Shown here in pieces: positions 1 through 9,719 of a DNA stretch of 64,000 bases. The stretch's first letter is position 1. Every line of letters begins with the position of its first letter. Under the pieces are notes generated by a model, which worked only from the letters and a program-made list of their open reading frames with translations, was not told the origin of the DNA and searched no databases. Made by a program: the position numbers and the translations under genes. Location of the stretch: the NCBI GenBank assembly GCA_964384105.1, contig CAYLJV010000002.1:64001-128000 (forward strand), in the 5' to 3' direction. Origin of the DNA: Candidatus Hadarchaeota archaeon. GTDB lineage: Archaea > Hadarchaeota > Hadarchaeia > Hadarchaeales > JAGGTB01.

Positions 1-226
1 AGCTGGAAAAACTACAAGGAGAAAAAATAGAAGGATTTAAATCCGAAGAGAGAAGCTTCGGAGAAGTAGAATGCTTCCCTGCAAAGATAAACTCAGAAAA
101 AGCAGCTATCGTTCTACCCTCTCGCACTCATCACGAAAAAGATGTAATAGAGATAATCTCACCTGTAAAAATTCGAGATAAATACAATTTAGAAGAGGGA
201 GACGAAATTAAAGTCGAGGTCAAAAT

Positions 227-230
<4 letters not shown>
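1..230 (+). CDS. ribK: CTP-dependent riboflavin kinase, C-terminal part (truncated by window edge)
   Basis: Frame from nt 3 reads LEKLQGEKIEGFKSEERSFGEVECFPAKIN...IVLPSRTHH...IEIISPVKIRDKYNLEEGDEIKVEVKI*; the stop overlaps the ribB ATG. Not in the ORF track. Confidence 0.9.
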
Positions 231-1394
<1,164 letters not shown>

Positions 1395-1398
1395 AAAG

Positions 1399-1809
1399 AT
1401 GGTAAAATTAGGAATTTGTGCTTCTGAATTCCACTGGGACATAGTAGGTCAGATGTTAGAATATGCAAAAAGACACGCTGATTTCCTAGAAGTCGAAGTT
1501 GTAGAAGAGCTGATAGTTCCGGGAACATTTGAACTTCCATTCGCCGCAAAGAAACTGCTAAAAAACGATGAAATCGATGCTGTGGTAGCCCTGGGTGCAG
1601 TAATTGAAGGGGACACAGGACACCACGAAACCGTAATGTCACAGGCCTCGCGGAAAATCATGGATCTCTCGATAGAATCCGGGAAACCCGTTAGTTTAGG
1701 AATATCTGGGCCTGGAGAAACTCGGATGGAAGCCGAGGAAAGAATAAATGAGTACGCCAGACGCGCAGTAGAAGCTGCAGTGAAAACTGTCAAAGAAGTG
1801 AATAAATGA
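1399..1809 (+). CDS. ribH: 6,7-dimethyl-8-ribityllumazine synthase
   Basis: VPGTFELP, ALGAVIEGDTGH, KPVSLGISGPG; SD aggaggtga upstream. Confidence 0.95.
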   Translation: MVKLGICASEFHWDIVGQMLEYAKRHADFLEVEVVEELIVPGTFELPFAAKKLLKNDEIDAVVALGAVIEGDTGHHETVMSQASRKIMDLSIESGKPVSLGISGPGETRMEAEERINEYARRAVEAAVKTVKEVNK

Positions 1810-2471
1810 TGAAAATTGGAATCTTTGCCTTGGGTTCGTACCATGAGCGGCACGGTCCTGCACTCCCGCCCGATACCGACGCCAAAATCGCTGAATACAT
1901 AGCAAAAAAGGTCGCGAAAAAAACTAAGGCAAACTTTCTTGGAACCTTAAAGTCAAGCTATGAACTAGCCGAGATAAAAACAGGAAAACACGACGAAATC
2001 GAAGACCTCACGGAAGAGCTGAAATCAGAAACCGAAAACGCCAAAACCAACGAGTTCACGAACATAGTTCTGATAAATGCTCACGGTGGCAATCAAGAAC
2101 TGGAAAAATTTATTCCAGAAATAGAGGAAGACCTGGGCGTGAGACTGAAGATGAACTCCACTATCTGCAATATCGAGGGTCCACATGCGGGAACTGGAGA
2201 GATTAGCATAGGAAAAATCATCGGAATTACCGACGAAAATAAAATTGAAGAGCAAAATCGGCTAGAAAAATATCCTGAGATCGGTTTTCATGGAATAAAA
2301 GAAGCCAGAAAAAAGTATCGATGGGCAGAAAAACACGCGCAGGAAGTAGAACAAGAAGAGATAAAAATCGATAACGCCACGGGGAAAAAACTCCTCAAGG
2401 AAGCGATAGAGAGCGGGATAAAATCCGTTGAGGAAATAAAAAAAGAACAAAAAAGTAGGTCTAGTCTTTAG
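1806..2471 (+). CDS. arfB: Creatininase-family FAPy deformylase (ArfB-like)
   Basis: GSYHERHGPALPPDTD, INAHGGN, HAGTGE; located in rib operon. Confidence 0.8.
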   Translation: MMKIGIFALGSYHERHGPALPPDTDAKIAEYIAKKVAKKTKANFLGTLKSSYELAEIKTGKHDEIEDLTEELKSETENAKTNEFTNIVLINAHGGNQELEKFIPEIEEDLGVRLKMNSTICNIEGPHAGTGEISIGKIIGITDENKIEEQNRLEKYPEIGFHGIKEARKKYRWAEKHAQEVEQEEIKIDNATGKKLLKEAIESGIKSVEEIKKEQKSRSSL

Positions 2472-2706
2472 ATTTCAAGTGGTCCAGATCTTCCCCAATT
2501 TCCACAAATGCCCAAGCCCAGATCAAAGCCTCGAAGCTCTCGATTAGATCATCGTTCTCAAAAAAGTGATCGGAGTCTTTTCTGTAGGATAAGGCGTTTT
2601 TCAAGATTCTTTCGCCTTCCTTATCCCCGGATCCTAACTTTGCAATTTTTTTATCCAGTTTATCGGACCATTTTTCTATTTCTCGCACTAGCTTATCTCT
2701 CAGCAT
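2461..2706 (-). CDS. DUF357 family protein
   Basis: NALSYRKDSDHFFENDDLIESFEALIWAWAFVE; usual partner downstream of dph5. Confidence 0.75.
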   Translation of the reverse strand: MLRDKLVREIEKWSDKLDKKIAKLGSGDKEGERILKNALSYRKDSDHFFENDDLIESFEALIWAWAFVEIGEDLDHLKSKD

Positions 2707-3484
2707 TTCTATCGATATCCTCCTTGCTAGCTCCTCCAAAAACCTCCAGGGCCTCCGCTTCTAGAAAATGAAGATTTCCGGGAACTATTAAAACGTGCGG
2801 GGGCGGACCGAAATCAAAGTCCTTTAAGTCCTGAGCTAGACCCGCTCGCACTAGTGAATCTGATTCACCGACCCTTGCAACAACAACGCAGAGTGTATCC
2901 TCAGCAAAAATTTCTCTATTTAACTTCTCCTCTAAATCGAACAGATATTTTATAGCTGAATCGGCCGTAAGGTACCTATCCTCCTCAAATTCTATATCAA
3001 GGAGAAACAATGTATGGAGGCCATGTTTTCTATTCTCCTCAAGAACCTCGTAAGGAGACTCAGATGGCTTCTCAGGAAGGGGGATAGTCGCAGTCCGTCC
3101 AAATTTATAGCTTTGAAGTCCGCAGAGCCCGGGAGCCGCACATTGTATAGAAGCTGCATGAACAACTTTAGTCTCGATATCCTTTTTCTTGGCTCTCAAC
3201 CTCAAATCCACATGAGTTGTCGCCACCATAGGGTCTCCTATAACTAAGAGAGCTACCTTGCTTTTTTCAGCTTCCTGCAATATTTCGTCTGAATTCTGCT
3301 CGATGTCCTCTCTCTTTAAAATCCGTATTGAATTTTCGATTAAATCTTCCATTTTTTTGATATCAAAGGAAGGAATCAGGCTTGTATACCTCTCCATGTA
3401 AACTCGATTTGCTTCCTTCGCCTCTCGAAGCCCTTCGAGGGAAATGCCCTCAGAACCCAGCCCTAATCCAATAAATGTCAGCAT
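2693..3484 (-). CDS. dph5: Diphthine synthase
   Basis: MLTFIGLGL, GDPMVATTH, GLQSYKFGRT, GLHTLFLLD, FGPPPH. Confidence 0.95.
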   Translation of the reverse strand: MLTFIGLGLGSEGISLEGLREAKEANRVYMERYTSLIPSFDIKKMEDLIENSIRILKREDIEQNSDEILQEAEKSKVALLVIGDPMVATTHVDLRLRAKKKDIETKVVHAASIQCAAPGLCGLQSYKFGRTATIPLPEKPSESPYEVLEENRKHGLHTLFLLDIEFEEDRYLTADSAIKYLFDLEEKLNREIFAEDTLCVVVARVGESDSLVRAGLAQDLKDFDFGPPPHVLIVPGNLHFLEAEALEVFGGASKEDIDRNAER

Positions 3485-3564
3485 ACTAATCACAACAATC
3501 AAAAAATACGTATTCAGAGATTAAGAATTTAAGTTAAAGAAAAGAGTAGTTGGTTAGATGGTGC

Positions 3565-3641
3565 GGGCCCGTGGCTCAATCTGGCAGAGCAATCGGCTCT
3601 TAACCGATCGGTTGTGGGTTCAAATCCCACCGGGCCCGCCA
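3565..3641 (+). tRNA. tRNA-Lys(CTT)
   Basis: Cloverleaf gggccc...gggccc, anticodon arm atcgg-ctCTTaa-ccgat, T-loop ttcaaat, encoded CCA. Confidence 0.97.
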
Positions 3642-3738
3642 TTAAACTAATACCAAGAAAACTAGTCCTCCTTATTTTCTAACAAAAACAACGAATATTC
3701 TTTTATTCTAGACCTCGACTAACATAAACAGGTAAAAT

Positions 3739-4293
3739 ATGTCTGAAAAAGAGAAAAAAGAAGAAGAGATAGAGGAAGAAGCCGAAGAAACAGAAAAGAC
3801 GGAAGAAGAAGAGGAAGATGAAGAGGTATACGATCAAGAGTTATCTATGGGGGACATTGTAGCCGTCCCAATAATTCTGTGTCCTGAAGATCACGAACCC
3901 ATGGATATAAAGGGAGTCGAAGTAAGAGAAACCGAAGAGAAGAAATTATTCTTTAGATCAAGTACTGAAAAACACGAACATCTAAAATACGAATGTCCCG
4001 CATGCGGTAGATACTATTTCCATGACTTAGAAAGAACGAGAGAAGGATGCTTTATAGCAACTGCAGCTTATGGAACACCATTTGCTCAAGAGATCAATGT
4101 ACTTAGAAATTTCAGGGACTCATATCTAGTCCACAAGAATTGGGGAAGAAAACTGGTTTCCGTATATTACACGCTGTCACCACCAATAGCAGAGAAAATA
4201 AAAAAATCGGAACCACTAAAAAAGGCTGTCAGGACTTTTCTCACTCCAGTGGTGAAATTCTTCAAGAAGAAAGAAGAAAAAGCGAGAAAGTAA
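3739..4293 (+). CDS. Acidic Zn-ribbon protein with CFI-box C-terminal domain
   Basis: Glu-rich N-terminus, CPEDH...CPACG, then GCFIATAAYG...LRNFRD...VYYTLSPPIA. Confidence 0.75.
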   Translation: MSEKEKKEEEIEEEAEETEKTEEEEEDEEVYDQELSMGDIVAVPIILCPEDHEPMDIKGVEVRETEEKKLFFRSSTEKHEHLKYECPACGRYYFHDLERTREGCFIATAAYGTPFAQEINVLRNFRDSYLVHKNWGRKLVSVYYTLSPPIAEKIKKSEPLKKAVRTFLTPVVKFFKKKEEKARK

Positions 4294-4445
4294 TTTAATC
4301 CATCCTCTCCAAAAATCCCTGCGAATTTAGTTAAAATCTTTAAGGAGCTTAAAAGCAAAGGAAATTAGAGTCAGTTACGAAATAAAACATTAAGTAAAAA
4401 ATAAGAAAAACAATTTACATCTATTAGAAGTACTTATTCATCGGT

Positions 4446-4521
4446 AGCCCCGTGGTGTAGGGGTCAAGCATACGGGGTTTTGGTCCCCGCGACGGTGGTT
4501 CGAATCCGCCCGGGGCTACCA
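4446..4521 (+). tRNA. tRNA-Gln(TTG)
   Basis: agcccc...ggggct-a-cca, anticodon arm cgggg-ttTTGgt-ccccg, A1-U72 pair. Confidence 0.97.
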
Positions 4522-4644
4522 TATATCTGATCTATATCCGATCATCCACTCTTTTTTTATACGTAAGCTGAGAATATACGAAAGAAATTTTCTAGATAGT
4601 AAGTAAATTAAAAGCTAATGCACAATCTAAAATAGAAAAATCGA

Positions 4645-4720
4645 AGCCCCGTAGTGTAGTGGTCAATCATGCGAGGTTCTGGTCCTCGTGACGGTGGTTC
4701 GAATCCGCCCGGGGCTACCA
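4645..4720 (+). tRNA. tRNA-Gln(CTG)
   Basis: Anticodon arm cgagg-ttCTGgt-cctcg, T-loop ttcgaat, CCA. Confidence 0.97.
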
Positions 4721-4788
4721 CTAATTTCTGAATCATTACCAATAGACTAACTGTTTCACTTCAAACCAGACAAAAGCTTCAGAGAAGT

Positions 4789-5025
4789 TTACTCTACCAC
4801 TATTGCAGTATTAGAATCCACAACGCCATCGATCTCGCGAATTTCCTCTACCACAGTATTAGTAAGAGTAGACATATCATCAGCCTCGACGAAAACAACT
4901 ATATCGAACGGCCCGGTAACTATCCTAACATCTTTGACGCTACCTAGAGTTTTTATTTTATCGAAAACTTCTCTCACTTTTCCAATGGCCGAAGTCAATA
5001 ATATGTATGCCTCAACCAATTTCAT
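4789..5025 (-). CDS. Stand-alone Lrp/AsnC ligand-binding domain protein
   Basis: AYILL...VTGPFDIVVFVEA...IREIDGVVDSNT. Confidence 0.85.
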   Translation of the reverse strand: MKLVEAYILLTSAIGKVREVFDKIKTLGSVKDVRIVTGPFDIVVFVEADDMSTLTNTVVEEIREIDGVVDSNTAIVVE

Positions 5026-5175
5026 TCCTCCAGCCCATATTTTTGTCTGCTACCCATATAACAGTATGGGAGTTAAATAATTTTAGAAAAATAAAGCCAA
5101 TTCTAAATAAAAAAATAAGCCAAAAATCAAAAGAAGGAATTTGATTCCTTCTTAGGTTGAGTTATTAATGTCGGA

Positions 5176-5367
5176 TTATATTTCCTTTATTTCTAGTTCC
5201 TTATTCAAAACCAGTTCAACCGACCTTACAACAGAACCGCCAGAACCAATAGCCTTAGCAGCCTGTCCCTCGGGGACAAAAACTGTAACTTTGTCTCCTT
5301 CTTCTTCAATATGGTCGATCTCTACATCCAACATTGTTTTCAGTTTCTCTAGGTCTTCTTCCTCCAT
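5176..5367 (-). CDS. Single KH-domain protein (NusA-like)
   Basis: VFVPEGQAAKAIGSGGSVVR with GxxG loop; SD ggagtga. Confidence 0.75.
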   Translation of the reverse strand: MEEEDLEKLKTMLDVEIDHIEEEGDKVTVFVPEGQAAKAIGSGGSVVRSVELVLNKELEIKEI

Positions 5368-5434
5368 TATAGTTCACTCCAGATTTTTTCCTCTTCACAT
5401 TTACATTTGCTACTTAAAAATATATAGACTAATT

Positions 5435-6136
5435 TCACCATTCAAAGCTTATATTATGCCAAGAATCGAATATTCCATCTTCAAAACGCGATTCCATGAT
5501 CTTTGTCAGGCCGGGAATATGACCTGCCCCAACTACACAAAGTATTTTTCCATTTCTTGTCTTTAACAATTCAGTTATTCTATCGGCCATGTATTGATCT
5601 CTCTCCGCTATCAAGACCTCATATGCCGTTTCAGAGAAGTCCCTGAAAGTAGTGATAAGTTCATCGACTACCTCTTCGGAGGTTAAATTTTCTATATCTA
5701 TCTCGTCTTTTGCAAGAAAGAAGGAAAAAATGACTCCAAAAATAATCTTCATCTTCTCCCAAAAACTCATCTTATCCAGCAATCTTTGAAGAGTGAAATT
5801 TATATCGCGATCTATAAGACTGATTTCTATATCATTATCCCCTGCTACGTCGACAGCTGTTAACATTTCCTCCCCAGGTATCATACCGGTCTGCTCACCT
5901 ATTTTCCTCTGAAAATATCTCAAAAATTTTGCAAATAGAACTGTGGAAGAAAACCCGGAAAAATCTTCTTTATCCTCCGATTCGCTAGTAAGTTGAACAT
6001 ATCTATCATAGCAGAGTTCAACACCAACCACTTCGGGACCCTGACTTTGTATAGTATTTCTAACCTCTACCATACTCTTGGGCAATATGTGAGCGACTCC
6101 AACTAGAATCAATCTATTTCCTATCTCTCTAATCAT
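5435..6136 (-). CDS. TraB/PrgY family protein
   Basis: LVGVAHI, VGVELC, PGEEM, LIDRD, LIAERDQYMA, VVGAGH. Confidence 0.9.
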   Translation of the reverse strand: MIREIGNRLILVGVAHILPKSMVEVRNTIQSQGPEVVGVELCYDRYVQLTSESEDKEDFSGFSSTVLFAKFLRYFQRKIGEQTGMIPGEEMLTAVDVAGDNDIEISLIDRDINFTLQRLLDKMSFWEKMKIIFGVIFSFFLAKDEIDIENLTSEEVVDELITTFRDFSETAYEVLIAERDQYMADRITELLKTRNGKILCVVGAGHIPGLTKIMESRFEDGIFDSWHNISFEW

Positions 6137-6788
6137 CCGAGGACTTACCTACCTTGTAAATCAAAAGCAAGTTTTTACCAACTTTTTCACTTTTTTCGAA
6201 CTCTAAATCTATACCTTTAGAAATCTTTCCTGTACCTGTTCCCTCAACTAAGGTCCGAGCGTCCGTTCCACCTATGATTTTTGGACTTATAGCCACCCTA
6301 ATCTCATCGACCAGTCCCTGGCTCAACATGCTCCAGTTTAAAGTAGAACCCCCCTCAAGAAGAATCTTATTTAAACCGTGATCAACTAATTCTTCGACCA
6401 ATTTTTTTAAATCAACCCTATTTCTTCCTGCCACAATAACTTCTGCACCCAAGGATAGAAGACGAGCCACTGTGTCTTTTTCAGCACTCTCAGAAACAGC
6501 CAGAATAGTAGGAGCTGCATCATCTAAAACATTCGCATTCGAAGCGACTCTACCCTTACTGTCAATAACAATCCTAACGGGGTTTTTACCCGAAATCCTT
6601 CTAACAGTAAGACTAGGGTTATCCTGTATCACCGTACCAATTCCAACCATAACTCCATCAACTTCAGCTCTCAATCTATGAGTCCGGTCAAGATCTTCTT
6701 CACAGGATATTTTGCTATCTCCGTTTTTACTGGAAATCTTGCCGTCAAGGGTCATTGCCGCATTCAAAATAACGTAAGGCTTTTTCAT
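6129..6788 (-). CDS. ribD: 2,5-diamino-6-ribosylamino-4(3H)-pyrimidinone 5'-phosphate reductase (RibD C-terminal/ArfC)
   Basis: PYVILNAAMTLDGKI, VGIGTV..DNPSLTVR, LLEGG. Confidence 0.92.
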   Translation of the reverse strand: MKKPYVILNAAMTLDGKISSKNGDSKISCEEDLDRTHRLRAEVDGVMVGIGTVIQDNPSLTVRRISGKNPVRIVIDSKGRVASNANVLDDAAPTILAVSESAEKDTVARLLSLGAEVIVAGRNRVDLKKLVEELVDHGLNKILLEGGSTLNWSMLSQGLVDEIRVAISPKIIGGTDARTLVEGTGTGKISKGIDLEFEKSEKVGKNLLLIYKVGKSSDD

Positions 6789-6916
6789 CTCAATCTTGAT
6801 TTTAATTGAGGGTTAAAAACAATTATTATTAATTAAAGTCTATAAAAAGATAAGAAAATATCAAATCCTAAAAAAGCTTTAAGAATAGTTGTTATAATTC
6901 ACTAGGAGGTGTAATC

Positions 6917-7156
6917 ATGAAAGTTTCCGAATATTATGATATGCCGATATATAGCGACAAAGGACGCTATGTTGGCGAAGTCCAAGACGTAGTTCTAGAC
7001 TTAGACAAAGGAGAAGTTCTCGGTCTGGGGTTTGGAGAAAGAGAAGGAAAAGTCACCACAGTTCCATATGAAAACGTGATGGCAATTGGCGACATAATTC
7101 TCGTTAGAAGTGGCAGAAAAAAGCGCGTTGCTCCAAAAGAAGAAACCGAAGAGTAA
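6917..7156 (+). CDS. PRC-barrel protein (possible CdpB-like cell division factor)
   Basis: [18 protein letters not shown]...[15 protein letters not shown]; SD aggaggtg. Confidence 0.8.
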   Translation: MKVSEYYDMPIYSDKGRYVGEVQDVVLDLDKGEVLGLGFGEREGKVTTVPYENVMAIGDIILVRSGRKKRVAPKEETEE

Positions 7157-7163
7157 AGCTAAA

Positions 7164-7703
7164 ATGCTTACCGAATTTGAGGGAAAGAAACCCCAGATAC
7201 ACGAATCTGCCTTCATTCATCCTCAATCTACGATTATAGGTAACGTAGAGATAGGGGCAAATTCTAGTGTTTGGCCCGGAGCAATTCTCAGAGGCGATTT
7301 TGCGAAGGTAAAGATCGGCGAAAATACATGCATTCAGGACAATGCGGTGATAAATCCCGCAGATGTCTATTCAAATAAAAAAATAGAATACATACCAGTC
7401 GAAATCGGGGATAACGTAGTAATAGGGCCAAAAGCTCTAATTCATGGAGCTAGGGTTGCCGAAGAATGTATAATCGGAGCTGGTTCGATAGTTTTTGACG
7501 GAGCAGAGATAGAAAAACATTCTTTCGTGGGAATGGGGGCTGTTGTCCTAAAAAATACCAAAGTTTCGTCCAGGACAATCGTCGTAGGTATACCCGCAAG
7601 AACATTAAGAGAAATAGAAAAAAACGAGATAAAACACATACGAAGACAGACAGAAAACTACGTGAAGCTTGCCAAAAAGTACAAAAAAGAACTTAATATC
7701 TAG
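7164..7703 (+). CDS. Gamma-carbonic anhydrase-like hexapeptide-repeat protein
   Basis: [22 protein letters not shown]; two of the three metal-binding His replaced. Confidence 0.85.
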   Translation: MLTEFEGKKPQIHESAFIHPQSTIIGNVEIGANSSVWPGAILRGDFAKVKIGENTCIQDNAVINPADVYSNKKIEYIPVEIGDNVVIGPKALIHGARVAEECIIGAGSIVFDGAEIEKHSFVGMGAVVLKNTKVSSRTIVVGIPARTLREIEKNEIKHIRRQTENYVKLAKKYKKELNI

Positions 7704-7871
7704 AGATAGATTTTCAAAAATTTTAATTTACTATTTAAAATGAGATTATTAGTCTAAGTTTGTTACTCACTTAATTTCTGTAAAACACAAACAACGATAG
7801 AAAGCTTTAAAAACACCATATTTAAATACCCGCTTTTAAATATTTAAATAAACGACTGAGGAGGAAATCTT

Positions 7872-8405
7872 ATGGTTGATGTAAAATACGAAATACAAAA
7901 TATTGTCCTGTCGGTCACCTATGAAGACACCGAATTCGATCTAGAGAGCCTTGCAAGCATGTTAGAAGGTGCACGTTACGATCCTGAAGTTTTTCCGGGA
8001 ATTGCTTATAAATCAATTGATCCAACAGCATCCTTCCTGATATTTGCTTCAGGCAAAATGAACTGCGTAGGAGCCAAGACCATGGAAGGAGCCAAAAAAG
8101 CTATCCAAAAACTAACAGACAAGTTGAGGAACTCCGATGTAGAAATAAAAAGTGATCCGGAAGTAAAGGTCCAGAACATGGTCGCTTCTTTCGACTTCAA
8201 CAGAGAATTTGACCTAGAAAAGATAGCGAGAGGATTCCGAAACACCGAATACGAACCGGAGGTCTTCCCCGGACTAGTGTTTAGGCTTGACGAACCAAAA
8301 GTAGTGGTTCTACTATTTGTCTCTGGAAAAGGAGTCTGTGCAGGTGCTAAAAGCCAAGAGGATATAGAGAGAGCTGCCGAAAGGATAACGGAAGTAATAG
8401 AGTAG
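7872..8405 (+). CDS. tbp: TATA-binding protein
   Basis: Two repeats: IQNIV...YDPEVFPG...IFASGKMNCVGAK and VQNMV...YEPEVFPGL...LFVSGKGVCAGAK. Confidence 0.97.
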   Translation: MVDVKYEIQNIVLSVTYEDTEFDLESLASMLEGARYDPEVFPGIAYKSIDPTASFLIFASGKMNCVGAKTMEGAKKAIQKLTDKLRNSDVEIKSDPEVKVQNMVASFDFNREFDLEKIARGFRNTEYEPEVFPGLVFRLDEPKVVVLLFVSGKGVCAGAKSQEDIERAAERITEVIE

Positions 8406-8443
8406 CGAAAAAGACGAAGTGGACAAATATAAAATCAAAAATC

Positions 8444-8486
8444 GCCTAGGTAAAATCACTAGGCACCGTTTTTTCTTATTTTTTAT
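8444..8486 (+). terminator. Hairpin plus T-tract after tbp
   Basis: gcctag-N9-ctaggc followed by T-rich run. Confidence 0.45.
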
Positions 8487-8581
8487 TAAATTTCAAAGAA
8501 GCTTTAAGACGGATTTTATCAAAATAGAAAATTATCAGTTAAATCAGTTAACCCAGAAAAGAGTAAACTCAATGGGATAAG

Positions 8582-9718
8582 ATGGAAAATGTTGTTATAG
8601 TTAGATACGGGGAATTACCTCTGAAAAGTAAGCCCGTCAGAAGCAAGTTTAAAAAGAAACTAATAAGGAATATAAAATCCATTCTCGGAGAGATTCCTTC
8701 TAAGATAGAAACAGAAAGAGGGAGAATTTTCATAAAAACCCCTAGACCGGAGGAGGTCTCAAAGCTTTTGGCATACGTTCCGGGAATTGTCTCCTCGAGC
8801 CCAGCTAAAAAAACAAAATCCGAAGTAGAAGAAATCGTGGAACTTTCGAAGGGGATATTCAAAGAGAAATCCACAAAAAAGGGAAGTTTTGCAGTTAGAG
8901 CCCGGAGAACCGGTAATCACGAATTCAGTAGTCAAGATCTAAAACGAATCGTTGGATCTGAAATATTAAAAGAGAATCCCAATTTTAACGTGAATCTTGA
9001 CTCACCAGATTACGAACTCTATATAGAGGTCAGAGGAGAAAATGCTTACATATTTACCAAAAAAATAAGGGGAATAGGCGGACTACCAGCAGGGACCCAA
9101 GGGAAAGTATTAGTAATGTATTCAAAGCCAATTAACGCCCTAGTTAGTTCTTATTTAATGTTAAAAAGAGGAGCCACCGTTTATCCAGTCATTTTCAGTT
9201 CAAAAGAAAGGTATAGTAGTTCCAATGTACTCAAAAAAGCAGAAAATATATTAAAAATCCACCCTCGACTGGAGATCAGAACAGTCGAATACACACACTG
9301 CATGGAAAAAATATCCGAAAAGACAATAAGTGGAACAAGTTGGATAATCTCGCAGAAAATAATTTTTGAAATACTGGAAAAAATATCCGAAAAAATAGGG
9401 GCAAAAGCAATCATCTCCGATTCGGATATAGACCAAATAGCCTCTATCTCCCTCGATAATATCAGGATTATAGAGAAAGATATAGAAATACCCGTATTTT
9501 ACCCCTTGATAGGAATAAAAAAGAAAAAGATATCCGAAATCTCGGAAAAAATACTCGGAGAAAAAATATCGGAAAAGACACCAACCCCTTTCAAAATACC
9601 TTCCGATCTAAACAAAGTACACCCAGAAAAGATCCAAAAAGAAGAGAAGAAAATACCAAAAGAATCCTTGATTAAATCTTCCTTAAAATCGATAAAAATA
9701 CAAAGATTAAGGGGTTAA
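8582..9718 (+). CDS. ThiI-like THUMP protein with degenerate PP-loop
   Basis: IVRYGELPLKS, THUMP (SFAVRARRTGNH), GIGGLPAGTQGKV; SGGIDS replaced by SKPINA. Confidence 0.85.
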   Translation: MENVVIVRYGELPLKSKPVRSKFKKKLIRNIKSILGEIPSKIETERGRIFIKTPRPEEVSKLLAYVPGIVSSSPAKKTKSEVEEIVELSKGIFKEKSTKKGSFAVRARRTGNHEFSSQDLKRIVGSEILKENPNFNVNLDSPDYELYIEVRGENAYIFTKKIRGIGGLPAGTQGKVLVMYSKPINALVSSYLMLKRGATVYPVIFSSKERYSSSNVLKKAENILKIHPRLEIRTVEYTHCMEKISEKTISGTSWIISQKIIFEILEKISEKIGAKAIISDSDIDQIASISLDNIRIIEKDIEIPVFYPLIGIKKKKISEISEKILGEKISEKTPTPFKIPSDLNKVHPEKIQKEEKKIPKESLIKSSLKSIKIQRLRG

Positions 9719-9719
9719 A

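Noticed and set aside
4446-4720. Two near-identical 76-bp sequences as a repeat or att site
   Set aside because: They are two complete tRNA-Gln isoacceptors (TTG and CTG).
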